The notes under the pieces: generated by a model
The model's database searches: none
What the model saw: the letters and a program-made list of their open reading frames with translations, nothing else
Told to the model about the DNA's origin: nothing
Assembly: GCA_027028005.1 (NCBI GenBank)
Contig: JALVKE010000198.1
Coordinates: forward strand, 166 to 64,165
DNA length: 64,000 bases
Direction: 5' to 3'
DNA from: Persephonella sp.
GTDB lineage: Bacteria > Aquificota > Aquificia > Aquificales > Hydrogenothermaceae
In this document: in pieces, positions 44,979 to 55,336 of the stretch
Numbering within the stretch: position 1 is the stretch's first letter
How the letters are laid out: the number at the start of each line of letters is the position of its first letter
Position numbers and translations under genes: made by a program

Positions 44979-45336
44979 ACAAAAACAATTTTTAAAATCT
45001 AAAAACAATCTTTAAAAAGTACATATTGTTCTCTTTAATATAAAAAATATTTCTGAACGTATTCCCGGACTGTTCTTTTGAAAAAAATACTATCAACTGT
45101 GTCCTTTAAGATACCTGCTAAATACTTAAATCTTATTTATCCGTTTTAAAACTGGTTTTTAATTTTTTCAAAGAATTTTTGCTGTAAATCTAATAATTTC
45201 ATTATGTACTGATGAAACAGCTTTATGTTTGAAATACTATACCACTGTTATCTTGGTAGTTTATCAAATAATCTTGTATTTCTTGTAAAATAATGAATTA
45301 AAGAGAATTTTATTGTTTGTATTAAGGAGGAAAACA

Positions 45337-47031
45337 TTGAGAGCATCTCAGTACTTTATACCTACTATGAAAGAAGCTCCAGCAGAAGCTGAAGTTCCAA
45401 GCCATATATATCTATTAAGGGCAGGGTACATAAGAAAGCTGGCAGCAGGAATATATGAGTATCTTCCCCTTGGTCTAAGGGTATTAAGAAAGATAGAAAA
45501 TATTATAAGAAAACATATGGATGAAGCAGGAGCTTTAGAAGTTCTCCTTCCAATTTTAACTCCTTCAGAGCTTTGGCAGGAAACAGGTAGGTGGGAAGTA
45601 TATGGAAAAGAGCTTTTTAGAGTACAAGATAGAAAAGGAAGATGGTTTGCTTTAGGACCAACCCACGAAGAAACAATAACAGACCTTGTTAGAAAAAATA
45701 TCCGCTCGTACAAAGATCTTCCTAAAAACTTCTATCAGATACAGACAAAATTTAGAGATGAGGCAAGACCAAGATACGGTCTTATAAGAGGAAGAGAATT
45801 TATAATGAAAGATGCCTATTCTTTTGATGTATCGGAGGAAATGGCTGTTAAGTCTTATGAGATTATGAAAGAAACATATCACAAAATATTCTCTGAGTTA
45901 GGTCTTGATTTTCTTATGGTAGAAGCAGATGTTGGTGCCATTGGTGGCAAGTATTCTCATGAGTTTGTTGTAAAAGCTGCAAATGGAGAAGCTCATATTG
46001 TTTACTGTGAGAATTGTGGATATGCTGCCAATGTTGAGGCTGCAAAGTATGAGTTTGAGCTAGACAAACTACCACCAGAAGAACCTAAACCTCTAGAAAA
46101 AGTTTACACTCCAGGAGTATCCTCTGTTGAAGAGGTAGCAAAGTTTTTAGGAGTAGACCCTAAAAAGATTGTAAAAACATTGGTTTACATACTAGATGAT
46201 GGATCAGCTGTTGCTGTTTTAATAAGAGGAGATAGAGAATTAAATGAAACAAAACTTATTAACTATTTTAAAGCTCTAGATGCACATCTTGCATCTTCTG
46301 AAGAGTTAGAAAAGCTTGGTATTGTTGAAGGATTTGTTGGACCTATAGGGCTAGATATTCCTGTATATGCAGATATCTCAGTTAAAGACCTTCACAACTT
46401 TGTTGTTGGGGCAAATGAGAAGGATTATCACTACATAAATGTAAATATACCAAGAGACTTTGAACCTGTAGAGTTTGTAGATTTTTCAACAGCAAGAGAA
46501 GGAGACCCTTGTCCTGTATGCAAGTCTCCTTTAAAAGAAACTACCGGTTTAGAAGTTGGACATATCTTTCTCCTTGGAACTAAATACTCAGAAGCTATGA
46601 AAGCTTACTTTGTTGATAAAGATGGAAGAGAAAAACCTATAATAATGGGATGTTATGGTATAGGTGTTAGCAGATTAATGGCAGCGGCTGTTGAACAGAA
46701 TCACGATGAAAATGGTATTATATGGCCTGAAAATATAGCACCATTTAAACTTCAAATACTAGCATTGAATACAAAAGATAAAAATGTAATGGATATTGCA
46801 GAAAATGTATATAAAAAGGCAAAATCTAAAGGTATAGAAGTTTTGTTTGATGATAGAGATATTTCTCCAGGAGCTAAGTTTAAGGATGCAGATCTTATAG
46901 GTATACCATACAGAATTGTAGTAGGAAGGGGAGCAAAAAACGGGAAGGTAGAGTTTCAAAAAAGAGCTAATAGTGAGAAAAAAGAAATAGAAATAGAAAA
47001 AGTAGATGAGATTTTAGATGAGCTAGTTTAA
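45337..47031 (+). CDS. proS: prolyl-tRNA synthetase
   Basis: Class II motifs (FRDE.RPR.GL.R.REF, GCYGIGVSR) and a bacterial-type insertion domain. TTG 45337 follows AAGGAGG, although the ORF opens at 45313. Confidence 0.95.
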   Translation: MRASQYFIPTMKEAPAEAEVPSHIYLLRAGYIRKLAAGIYEYLPLGLRVLRKIENIIRKHMDEAGALEVLLPILTPSELWQETGRWEVYGKELFRVQDRKGRWFALGPTHEETITDLVRKNIRSYKDLPKNFYQIQTKFRDEARPRYGLIRGREFIMKDAYSFDVSEEMAVKSYEIMKETYHKIFSELGLDFLMVEADVGAIGGKYSHEFVVKAANGEAHIVYCENCGYAANVEAAKYEFELDKLPPEEPKPLEKVYTPGVSSVEEVAKFLGVDPKKIVKTLVYILDDGSAVAVLIRGDRELNETKLINYFKALDAHLASSEELEKLGIVEGFVGPIGLDIPVYADISVKDLHNFVVGANEKDYHYINVNIPRDFEPVEFVDFSTAREGDPCPVCKSPLKETTGLEVGHIFLLGTKYSEAMKAYFVDKDGREKPIIMGCYGIGVSRLMAAAVEQNHDENGIIWPENIAPFKLQILALNTKDKNVMDIAENVYKKAKSKGIEVLFDDRDISPGAKFKDADLIGIPYRIVVGRGAKNGKVEFQKRANSEKKEIEIEKVDEILDELV

Positions 47032-47048
47032 GGGAGAAATTCTCTCCC
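47032..47048 (+). terminator. short stem-loop after proS
   Basis: GGGAGA-AATTC-TCTCCC immediately after the stop, followed by ATTTATCTT. Confidence 0.35.
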
Positions 47049-47140
47049 ATTTATCTTATAAAATCAATAACATAATATGTGAATTTGATATAATAAACGT
47101 TTGTTATTCTTGAATAAAATTTAGAAAAAAGGAGTAGGGA

Positions 47141-48502
47141 ATGAGCGTTACTGTTGAAGAAAAAGGATTAGTAAGAACTCTAACAATAGAAGAGTCTGGG
47201 GAGAAAATAAAGAATTTAACAGACCAGGTTATAAAAGAAATAGCAAAACAAGTTAATATTCCAGGTTTTAGAAAAGGCCATGTACCAGCTTCAGTTATAA
47301 AGGCAAAATACAAAGATATTATCAAAGAAGAAGTTGCAAAGAAATATATCTCTGAAGAACTTCAAAATATACTTCAAGAAAAAAATCTTTCTCCAGTTTC
47401 TCCAGATGTTACATTTGGAGATATTGAACTAAAAGGAGATACTTTAAAACTAAAAGTGGCATTTGAAGTTGCTCCTGAGTTTGAACTTAAAGAATACGAA
47501 GGAATGGAAATTCCTACAATTAAATATGAAGTAAAAGATGAAGATGTTGAAAAGGCAATAAACACTTTACTTGAACAGAGAGCAAAGTATGAACCTGAGG
47601 ATAAACCTATTGAAGAAGGAGATCTCATTAAAATTCACTACCATATAATCGCAGATTCAGGGGAAGAAGAAGAGGATGACTTTGAAGTTATAGTAGGTGC
47701 AAATCAGCTTAGACCAGAAATTGAGAAGGAGATTATAGGAAAAAAAGTAGGAGATGAAGTAGAAGTAAAAGATGTTCCTCTTTACGATGAAGAAGGAAAA
47801 GAGTTTGGAAAGGCTACAGTTAAAGTAAAAATCTTAGAAGTTAAAAAGAAAATACTCCCTGAATTTAATGATGAGTTTGTAAAAGAAGTAGGTCTTGGTG
47901 AAAATGTTGAGGAAGCTAAAAAGAAAATAAGAGAAGATCTACAGAAGAAAGTGGAAGAAGCTAAAAACAGAGAGATAGAGCAAAAGATAATAGATAAACT
48001 TGCACAGCAGTATGATTTTGAGGTTCCATCATCTTTAGTTAAAGCTGAGCTTGAGTATCTTCTGCAAGACTATGCAAAACAACTTGAAAGTATTGGAATA
48101 AAACCAAATCAAGAGATGCTTGCAGCTGCAGCTAGGGGTTTAGAACAGACAGCTGTAAAAAATGTAAGAGTAATGTTTGTTTTAAATAAGATTGCAGAAA
48201 AAGAAGGTATTGAAGTAACAGAAGAAGAGATTAATAAAGAGATAGAGGAGTTGGCAAAAGCGTACGGAGCTACAACAGAACAGATGAGACAGTATCTTGA
48301 AGAGCAGGGAACTATAAATAATATTGTTTATAGTATTCTAAGAAGGAAAGTTATAGATAGAATTAAAGAAAAAGCTAATATCATAGAGTTAACTCCAGAA
48401 GAGTATGAAGAAAAATATGGAAAAAAGGAAGAGGGTATTGAAGAAAAGAAATCTGAGGAGAAGCAGGAAACTCCAGAAGTAGAAGAAGCAAAAAAGGAAT
48501 AG
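47141..48502 (+). CDS. tig: trigger factor
   Basis: N-terminal ribosome-binding motif (IPGFRKGHVP), a central FKBP domain, and a long acidic C-terminus. Confidence 0.95.
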   Translation: MSVTVEEKGLVRTLTIEESGEKIKNLTDQVIKEIAKQVNIPGFRKGHVPASVIKAKYKDIIKEEVAKKYISEELQNILQEKNLSPVSPDVTFGDIELKGDTLKLKVAFEVAPEFELKEYEGMEIPTIKYEVKDEDVEKAINTLLEQRAKYEPEDKPIEEGDLIKIHYHIIADSGEEEEDDFEVIVGANQLRPEIEKEIIGKKVGDEVEVKDVPLYDEEGKEFGKATVKVKILEVKKKILPEFNDEFVKEVGLGENVEEAKKKIREDLQKKVEEAKNREIEQKIIDKLAQQYDFEVPSSLVKAELEYLLQDYAKQLESIGIKPNQEMLAAAARGLEQTAVKNVRVMFVLNKIAEKEGIEVTEEEINKEIEELAKAYGATTEQMRQYLEEQGTINNIVYSILRRKVIDRIKEKANIIELTPEEYEEKYGKKEEGIEEKKSEEKQETPEVEEAKKE

Positions 48503-48556
48503 AAAATTTTTATAAAAGGATTAAATTGTCCCCAAAAATTTTTTATGGAGGTCTTG

Positions 48557-49165
48557 ATGGATAAAAATATAGATAAAATTGTTAGCCAGCTTGTTCCTAT
48601 TGTTATTGAGCAAACTCCTAGAGGAGAAAGAGCTTATGATATTTATTCTAGACTTTTAAAAGACAGAATTATCCTTTTAGGGTCTCCAATAGATGATCAT
48701 ATAGCAAATCTTGTTGTTGCTCAGTTATTATTTTTAGAGTCTGAGGATCCTGATAAAGATATTTATATGTACATAAACTCTCCTGGTGGTGTAGTTACAG
48801 CAGGCTTAGCTATATACGATACAATGCAGTATATAAAGCCTGATGTTTGCACAATATGTATGGGACAGGCTGCATCTATGGGAGCTTTCCTTTTAGCAGC
48901 TGGAGCTAAAGGAAAAAGATATTCACTTCCTAGTTCTAGAATAATGATCCACCAGCCTTTAGGTGGCTTCCAAGGGCAGGCAACAGACATAGAGATACAT
49001 GCTAGGGAAATTCTTAGATTAAAAAAATACCTAAATGAGAAACTGGCTGAGCATACAGGGCAACCATTAGAAAAGATTGAACAAGACACAGAAAGAGATT
49101 ACTTTATGTCTGCACAGGAAGCTGTTGAATATGGTTTAATAGATAAAGTTATTACCAAGAGGTAA
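48557..49165 (+). CDS. clpP: ATP-dependent Clp protease proteolytic subunit
   Basis: Catalytic Ser context GQAASMGA and His context [13 protein letters not shown] lies 5 nt before ATG 48557. Confidence 0.95.
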   Translation: MDKNIDKIVSQLVPIVIEQTPRGERAYDIYSRLLKDRIILLGSPIDDHIANLVVAQLLFLESEDPDKDIYMYINSPGGVVTAGLAIYDTMQYIKPDVCTICMGQAASMGAFLLAAGAKGKRYSLPSSRIMIHQPLGGFQGQATDIEIHAREILRLKKYLNEKLAEHTGQPLEKIEQDTERDYFMSAQEAVEYGLIDKVITKR

Positions 49166-49167
49166 AA

Positions 49168-50400
49168 ATGGAAAAGGAAAATAAATGCTCATTTTGTGGA
49201 AAACCACAGAGTGAAGCAAAAGTTTTAATAGCAGGTCCAAATGATATATACATATGTGATGATTGTATATCTCAGTGTAATCTTCTTATAAAAGAAGAGC
49301 TAGAAAACAAAGGGCAGGAGCTAGAGGAGTTAAAAGAACTCCCTACTCCCCCTGAAATAAAGAAGAAGCTAGATGAGTACGTTATAGGACAGGAAAGAGC
49401 AAAGAAGATTCTTTCTGTAGCTGTTTACAATCATTACAAACGTATATTTTCAAAAGAAAAGTTTTCAAGCGATGATGTAGAGCTTGAGAAAAGTAATATT
49501 CTTCTTATTGGACCAACAGGATCAGGAAAAACGTTACTAGCAAGGACATTAGCAAAAATTTTAAATGTTCCATTTGCTATAGCAGATGCTACAAATATAA
49601 CAGAAGCAGGATATGTAGGAGAGGATGTAGAAAGTATTTTAGTTAGATTAGTTCAGGCTGCCGATTATGATATAGAAAAGGCAGAAAAAGGAATTATTTA
49701 CATTGATGAGATAGACAAAATAGCAAAAAAATCAGGAGAAAATCCATCTATAACAAGAGATGTATCAGGAGAAGGCGTACAGCAGGCTCTACTAAAGATA
49801 CTTGAAGGAACTATTGCAAATATTCCTCCTCAAGGAGGAAGAAAACATCCTCATCAAGAGTTTATTCAACTAGATACAACAAATATTCTCTTTATACTTG
49901 GTGGAGCTTTTGTTGGTCTAGAAGATATTATTAGACAAAGAATAGGTAAAAAAGCTATTGGATTTGCAACAGAGATTAGATCTAAAGAAGAGGAAGGAGA
50001 TATACTTTCTCAAGTGAGGGTTGAAGACCTTATAAAGTTTGGTCTTATTCCTGAGTTTATAGGAAGGATTCCAGTAATAGCAACTCTTGAGGAACTAGAT
50101 GAAGATGCCCTTGTTAGAGTTCTCACAGAACCAAAAAATGCTCTTATAAAGCAGTACAAAAAATTACTTGCTATGGATGGTGTAGATCTAGAGTTTACAG
50201 AAGATGCTATAAGGGAAATTGCAAGAGAGGCAATTGCCAGAAAAACAGGAGCAAGGGGACTTAGAGCTATTGTGGAAGAAATAATGCTAGATGTTATGTA
50301 TGAAATTCCACAGGCAAAAGGTGTTAAAAAAGTTGTAATAGACAGAGAAGTTGTTCAAAAGAAAAAACCTCCAATGATGATTTTTGAGAAAGCAAGTTAA
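49168..50400 (+). CDS. clpX: ATP-dependent Clp protease ATP-binding subunit ClpX
   Basis: N-terminal zinc finger CSFCGK...CDDC, Walker A GPTGSGKT, Walker [10 protein letters not shown]. Confidence 0.95.
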   Translation: MEKENKCSFCGKPQSEAKVLIAGPNDIYICDDCISQCNLLIKEELENKGQELEELKELPTPPEIKKKLDEYVIGQERAKKILSVAVYNHYKRIFSKEKFSSDDVELEKSNILLIGPTGSGKTLLARTLAKILNVPFAIADATNITEAGYVGEDVESILVRLVQAADYDIEKAEKGIIYIDEIDKIAKKSGENPSITRDVSGEGVQQALLKILEGTIANIPPQGGRKHPHQEFIQLDTTNILFILGGAFVGLEDIIRQRIGKKAIGFATEIRSKEEEGDILSQVRVEDLIKFGLIPEFIGRIPVIATLEELDEDALVRVLTEPKNALIKQYKKLLAMDGVDLEFTEDAIREIAREAIARKTGARGLRAIVEEIMLDVMYEIPQAKGVKKVVIDREVVQKKKPPMMIFEKAS

Positions 50401-51006
50401 ATGGCTACAGTAAAAAAAGTAAAGTTTATAAAAAGTGCAGTTAAGCCGGAGGATTATCCTCCTCCGGATAAACCAGAAGTTGCTGTTGTTGGTAGATCAA
50501 ATGTAGGAAAGTCTTCTCTAATAAACGCTATTTTTAAAAGAGATATAGCTAAGGTTTCTTCATCTCCGGGGAAAACCCGTCTTATAAACTTCTTTCTTCT
50601 CAATGACAAAATATACTTTGTTGATCTTCCAGGATATGGATACGCTGCTGTTTCAAAAGCTGAAAGAGAAAAATGGAGAAAGATGATAGAAAAGTATTTC
50701 TACACAAGAGATAATTTAGGTCTTGTAATACTTTTAGTAGATAGTAGACACGAGCCTACTAAGTTAGATATTATGATGAAAGAATGGTTAGATTCTCTAG
50801 GGATACCATATATAGTGGTTGCTACAAAGGCAGATAAATTAAATCAAAGTGAAAAGGCAAAAACAAAGAAAAGGATAAGGGAAACATTAAAACTTCCGAA
50901 AGATTTTCCGATATTTTTAACATCTTCAAAAGAAAAAACAGGTATAAAAGAATTAATGTCTTACGTTTTAAATCATCTAGAAGCTCATTCTAAAGAATCA
51001 GATTAA
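50401..51006 (+). CDS. engB: ribosome biogenesis GTPase YihA/EngB
   Basis: GRSNVGKSS, DLPGYG and TKADK motifs. Confidence 0.9.
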   Translation: MATVKKVKFIKSAVKPEDYPPPDKPEVAVVGRSNVGKSSLINAIFKRDIAKVSSSPGKTRLINFFLLNDKIYFVDLPGYGYAAVSKAEREKWRKMIEKYFYTRDNLGLVILLVDSRHEPTKLDIMMKEWLDSLGIPYIVVATKADKLNQSEKAKTKKRIRETLKLPKDFPIFLTSSKEKTGIKELMSYVLNHLEAHSKESD

Positions 51007-51237
51007 CTGTAAATCCTTTTTATAAATTAATAAACTTATAATCTATTTTACAGTATCAGTGTAAAACTTGATTACAACAGTACTTATGTAAGAAACATTT
51101 ACAAAGATCTTTCCAACAAGGTTTTTGCTTGTTTGAAACAACATATCTATAGAAATGTAAATGGAAATAACATTTATGTATAAATATATCCTCTTCAAAC
51201 CTCTTTAAAAATTAACATTTTCAATAACTTGCATTTT

Positions 51238-51253
51238 TGGCATTGTGCTTGCT
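51238..51253 (+). promoter_or_regulatory. sigma-54 (RpoN) -24/-12 promoter
   Basis: TGGCAT-TGTGC-TTGCT against the consensus TGGCAC-N5-TTGCW. GG (51239-51240) and GC (51251-51252) have exact spacing. It lies about 57 nt upstream of ATG 51310. Confidence 0.6.
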
Positions 51254-51309
51254 TTATATAAAATCAAAATTTGAAATTTAAACTTAAACACTCAAAGGGG
51301 GTAAAAACC

Positions 51310-53262
51310 ATGAGAAAATTAGCAAGATCGGCGCTACTTGGTGCTATGGCAACAGGTATCATAGCAGGAGTTGCAAAAGCACACACGTCACATGCTGAAT
51401 TTTATTTTGAGTTTTCAGGAACACACTCAACCAACGATATGATCACTGTTCCTTGTGAAGCTTCTGATTATCTTGCAAAACAAAGTGTTGAGTACAATTT
51501 AGATCCTAACAAGCCTTCTCCTATGGGAAATAACACAGGAGTTTTCATTAAGTACAAACCTGCTAACCAGTTAAACAATGCTGACAACATTGTTTTTACT
51601 CTGAAAAATGCAGTTTTTGGAAATAGTCTAAAAAAATGTTGGCTAGTTTTCTACGAACATAATGGAATTGATACAACTGGTAATGGTGTAGGTGATACTA
51701 GCTTTGATGTAAACAGAGATGGTGATGCGTATGATATGATTGTTGTTGCTGAAACAAGAAATACTGTGCAGCTAAAAAAATCTATTGAACTTAACGTTGG
51801 AGATGCAGGTAGAGGTATTCCTGCTAATGCTATTTATTACCTATGGTGTAACGAAGCAGGTGAACCTAGTTTAATTGATGCAGATGGAACAGCAGGGTCT
51901 CCTCAAATACCTAGTAATTATTCAAGATATGCACCTGTAATAAATATCACATCAGATTTATACGATTCAGATACTACAGATACGTGCAAATTATCTGATC
52001 CAGGAGATAAAGTATGTATTTCAGCAACTGGATATACATGTTGTCCTCCAGGAAGTGGTGAATTAGATGGTTATAAAACTATTAAGGATTACTGTATTAT
52101 AGATACTGCATGTCAGTTCATATTAGGTATGAAAGCTAGCTTATCTATTATAGATATGTATCCACAACTTAATACTGCTACTTGTGAAAATAGTAAATCA
52201 GGTTTAATTAAATGTTACGATAAAAATTATGAACCTGGTACTGCTTTTGTACCTGTAGGTGACGATAACGATATTTTAAGAACAAATCATTGTACAGATC
52301 GTTATGCTGCAGATGGAACTATCTCTATACTTAATGATCCAAGAAATCTTGTAGATGATGATATTGTTCTTGGAGTTAATAAATGGAGAGGTACATTCTC
52401 AGTATCAATAAGTGATGTAGACAATAACTATGCTTGTGATAATAGAAATGGAAGAGGCTTTAGAAAAGGTCCTTATGAAGCTTTAGATTTCCCTAATAGA
52501 ATGTTTATTGATAACAATGGTAATCCAACATCTCCAGCAGCAGCTCATATTCCTTTAAATCCAGGAAGAGCTTGTAGTGCTGAGAATATAAATGTAGTAA
52601 ATGGAGATCCAAATACTGGTACAACTAATACTATTAAAATTAGAAGAGATAGTGTATGGACTGACGATGTATACATGGGTGTAAACAAGAAAAGACTCTG
52701 GTGGGTAAGATGGGGTCTTGAAGAAGAATTAAAGATTTACTCTCCAGACAATGATACTTTTACTGTAAGCCTTAATGAAGAAGAAGCTGCTAAGTGTGAT
52801 ACAAGAAAATGCTGTTATGATGCAGACGGAACAGCTTACTTCAAGAAATGGGAACCAAATGGAGATGAAGCATATATTCCTTACATGATAGATGATAGCC
52901 AGTTTTACATCGTTATATCAAACAACTCTTGCTGGGATGCTGAAATCTACGCTAGAGTTTGGGATTCTGCAGGTAGAGTTGTTGATAATGTATACCTTGG
53001 AAAAATTGGCAAAAACTCAGTTAGATTTATAACAGGTGCTTCTATAGCATTTGAAGCTAGAAAAGAACATCCACAAATCCTTAGAAACATAATACCTCTT
53101 TACTCAGTAATGTTAACAATAGGTGCACCTAAGAGAGATGTAGAAATAGCTGCTTACGATAACAGAAATGGAAAATCTAAGATGGTACCTGTTTATGATA
53201 ATGGAGCTCACCACTGGAGCTATAGAAACGTTCCATTTAACCAAGATATATTTGAAAAATAA
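51310..53262 (+). CDS. secreted cysteine-rich protein of unknown function (envelope/surface protein candidate)
   Basis: AAGGGGG RBS before ATG 51310. Signal peptide MRKLARSALLGAMATGIIAGVAKA|H. 18 Cys by my count, N/D/G/T-rich, and a composition unlike its neighbours. Strong terminator downstream. Confidence 0.7.
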   Translation: MRKLARSALLGAMATGIIAGVAKAHTSHAEFYFEFSGTHSTNDMITVPCEASDYLAKQSVEYNLDPNKPSPMGNNTGVFIKYKPANQLNNADNIVFTLKNAVFGNSLKKCWLVFYEHNGIDTTGNGVGDTSFDVNRDGDAYDMIVVAETRNTVQLKKSIELNVGDAGRGIPANAIYYLWCNEAGEPSLIDADGTAGSPQIPSNYSRYAPVINITSDLYDSDTTDTCKLSDPGDKVCISATGYTCCPPGSGELDGYKTIKDYCIIDTACQFILGMKASLSIIDMYPQLNTATCENSKSGLIKCYDKNYEPGTAFVPVGDDNDILRTNHCTDRYAADGTISILNDPRNLVDDDIVLGVNKWRGTFSVSISDVDNNYACDNRNGRGFRKGPYEALDFPNRMFIDNNGNPTSPAAAHIPLNPGRACSAENINVVNGDPNTGTTNTIKIRRDSVWTDDVYMGVNKKRLWWVRWGLEEELKIYSPDNDTFTVSLNEEEAAKCDTRKCCYDADGTAYFKKWEPNGDEAYIPYMIDDSQFYIVISNNSCWDAEIYARVWDSAGRVVDNVYLGKIGKNSVRFITGASIAFEARKEHPQILRNIIPLYSVMLTIGAPKRDVEIAAYDNRNGKSKMVPVYDNGAHHWSYRNVPFNQDIFEK

Positions 53263-53292
53263 TTTGCTCTCATCCACTCTCCCTTCTTCTAT

Positions 53293-53318
53293 ACCCTCCC
53301 GTATGGGAGGGTCTTTTT
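53293..53318. terminator. bidirectional rho-independent terminator
   Basis: ACCCTCCC-GTAT-GGGAGGGT, followed by CTTTTT. It sits between convergent genes. Confidence 0.65.
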
Positions 53319-53320
53319 AC

Positions 53321-55276
53321 TTATATCTCTTTAAAAGATACTATCTTTCCATTTTCTTTAATGTATTCTACTAGTTTTTTATATGTTTCATTTGAAGATA
53401 ATGTTTTACTATCTCCAATAATAATTAGTTTTCTTTTTGCCCTTGTTAAAGCAACATTTAATCTTCTTAAATCATCTAAAAAACCTATCTCCTCTTCTGG
53501 ATTTGAGCGAACAAGAGAGATAATAATCACTTCTTTTTCTCTCCCTTGAAAGCCATCTACTGTTTTTACTTCAACATCAGGTATAAGTTTCTTTAAGTAC
53601 TCTTCATGATCTTTATATGGAGTTATAATTCCAATATCTTCAGATTTTACCCCTACTTTTTTTAGTAGATCTACTACCTTTTTAACAATCTCAGCCTCCT
53701 GAGGATTGTACTTTGATTTACTTCCTTTTTTCTGCTGCTCTAATAGTTTCCCCTCTGTGTCTATGAAAACAATAGGTGTATCATCTGTGATAGGATTTTC
53801 TCCAACGTTCCCTGTAATATCTGAAAGTTTCCTATCTTTAACTTCTTCAGCTGATATAAGTTCTCCATTGTAAAACTCTCTAGAAGAAAACTCTTTTATA
53901 ATATCGTTCATTCTATACTGCACTCTAAGCATGTATGAAACTTGTGGATAAAGCTTCATAAATCTTTCAAACATAGTGAAAGATAGAGGTTTTGCATCAG
54001 GATGTAAAACTGTAGGAGGTAGCTGTTTGTGATCTCCAGCAAGGACAGCCTTTCCAGCTTTTATTAATGGTATAAGACAGCTTGGTTCTGTTGCTTGAGA
54101 TGCTTCATCAATAAAAACAACATCGAAATAATGTTCCATTAAAAACTCACTTCCACTTCCTGAATTTGTAGCACATACAACTTCACTGTTTGATAGTATG
54201 TCTTGAATAATCTCTTCTTCTATTCTTTTTTTCTGTTCTATTAATTTTTTTATGTCTTTTTGAAGTCTTATCCATTCAGCCATGCTCTTTAATGTTTCTA
54301 TTTTATGTCCTCTAACTTTTTTCCCTGCTTTTGCATGTTTTAATATCTGATCGTAGGATAGACCTCTTCTTCTTTGAGGAATTGGCTTTAGATAATTTTC
54401 CTGAAGGGCTTTTAATTTATTTATCTTTTTTTCTAAATTTTTAATCTCTGCATATTTAGGGTGATTAAAAGCTTTAGCGTCTATAGAAACGTCTAGGAGC
54501 TCTTTTTTTAGTCTAGCAGGATGTCCTATTCTAACTACATTAACATTCCTCTTTATAAGACCTTCAACTATATTATCTACTGCTGTATTACTATCAGCTG
54601 TTGCAAGAATTCTTTTTCCTTTTTTTATATGTTGCATGATAACTTCTATAAGAGTAGTTGTTTTTCCTGTTCCTGGAGGACCATGAATAAGGAAAAGCTT
54701 TTCACTACAAACAGCTCTTTTTACAGCTTCCTTTTGAAACTCATTAAGGTCTTCATTAAAAAACTCTATATCTTCCTCTTCACAAACGTCAGGTTTCCCA
54801 TGACCTAAAACAATATCCTCTGGATACAAGGAGTAACCTTTTTCAAAAAATTCTAACGTTCCAAGCATCCTTTTAAAAGTAATGTCATTTACAAAAAGGT
54901 CTACTCTCCATTTTTTTCCTGAAGGAAGTTTCTGGGAGAATACTATTGTTATAAAATATTTTCCTTTTTCAAAAACAGTTCCTTCTATTCCATCTTTTAA
55001 AGGATGTTTTCTACTAACAAGTACTACATCTCCAACATTTATCTGATGTTCTGGCATATCTTCCCTGTAAAATCTGTATACCTGAAAATCTCCAATAATC
55101 TCTCCTACATAAACAGCTTTCAGATTTAAAATTGCTCTACCTTTCTTTTCTCTCTCTTTTCCTGATAGGTTTATTATCTCATTTAGATGAAACTCTTTTT
55201 CTGCATCTCTCTCTAGTTCTATATAAAAACTCCAGTAGTCTGCATACTCGTGTTTATCTTTAAAGGTTAATTTCAT
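53321..55276 (-). CDS. Upf1/DNA2/IGHMBP2-like superfamily-1B helicase
   Basis: Motif I HGPPGTGKTTT, II FIDEASQ, V VDGFQGREKEVIIISLVRSN, VI LNVALTRAKRKLIIIGD, plus an N-terminal beta-barrel-like region. AGGAGG lies 6 nt before ATG 55276, although the ORF opens at 55318. Confidence 0.85.
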   Translation of the reverse strand: MKLTFKDKHEYADYWSFYIELERDAEKEFHLNEIINLSGKEREKKGRAILNLKAVYVGEIIGDFQVYRFYREDMPEHQINVGDVVLVSRKHPLKDGIEGTVFEKGKYFITIVFSQKLPSGKKWRVDLFVNDITFKRMLGTLEFFEKGYSLYPEDIVLGHGKPDVCEEEDIEFFNEDLNEFQKEAVKRAVCSEKLFLIHGPPGTGKTTTLIEVIMQHIKKGKRILATADSNTAVDNIVEGLIKRNVNVVRIGHPARLKKELLDVSIDAKAFNHPKYAEIKNLEKKINKLKALQENYLKPIPQRRRGLSYDQILKHAKAGKKVRGHKIETLKSMAEWIRLQKDIKKLIEQKKRIEEEIIQDILSNSEVVCATNSGSGSEFLMEHYFDVVFIDEASQATEPSCLIPLIKAGKAVLAGDHKQLPPTVLHPDAKPLSFTMFERFMKLYPQVSYMLRVQYRMNDIIKEFSSREFYNGELISAEEVKDRKLSDITGNVGENPITDDTPIVFIDTEGKLLEQQKKGSKSKYNPQEAEIVKKVVDLLKKVGVKSEDIGIITPYKDHEEYLKKLIPDVEVKTVDGFQGREKEVIIISLVRSNPEEEIGFLDDLRRLNVALTRAKRKLIIIGDSKTLSSNETYKKLVEYIKENGKIVSFKEI

Positions 55277-55336
55277 TAAATTCCTCCTAAAATTTTTAAA
55301 ATAAGACAACTTAAGCAAAATCTACTATTTTCAAGT

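Noticed and set aside
44979-45336. T-box leader upstream of proS.
   Set aside because: There is no T-box sequence (GGGTGGTACCGCG-like) or antiterminator/terminator pair, and T-boxes are not expected in this lineage.
51271-51309. N-terminal extensions proposed by the ORF track. These are 51271-51309, and likewise 1773-1823, 13920-13934, 15250-15261, 28363-28371, 38282-38299, 43430-43459, 45313-45336, 48545-48556 and 55277-55318.
   Set aside because: In each case a downstream start codon has a properly spaced Shine-Dalgarno sequence and matches the expected N-terminus (signal peptide or conserved family start). The upstream extension has neither.
51310-53262. Sigma-54-dependent flagellin or type IV pilin.
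   Set aside because: It has no class III prepilin leader (G|FTLIE), no flagellin N/C-terminal coiled-coil motifs, and it is far too Cys-rich. I kept it as an unknown secreted protein.
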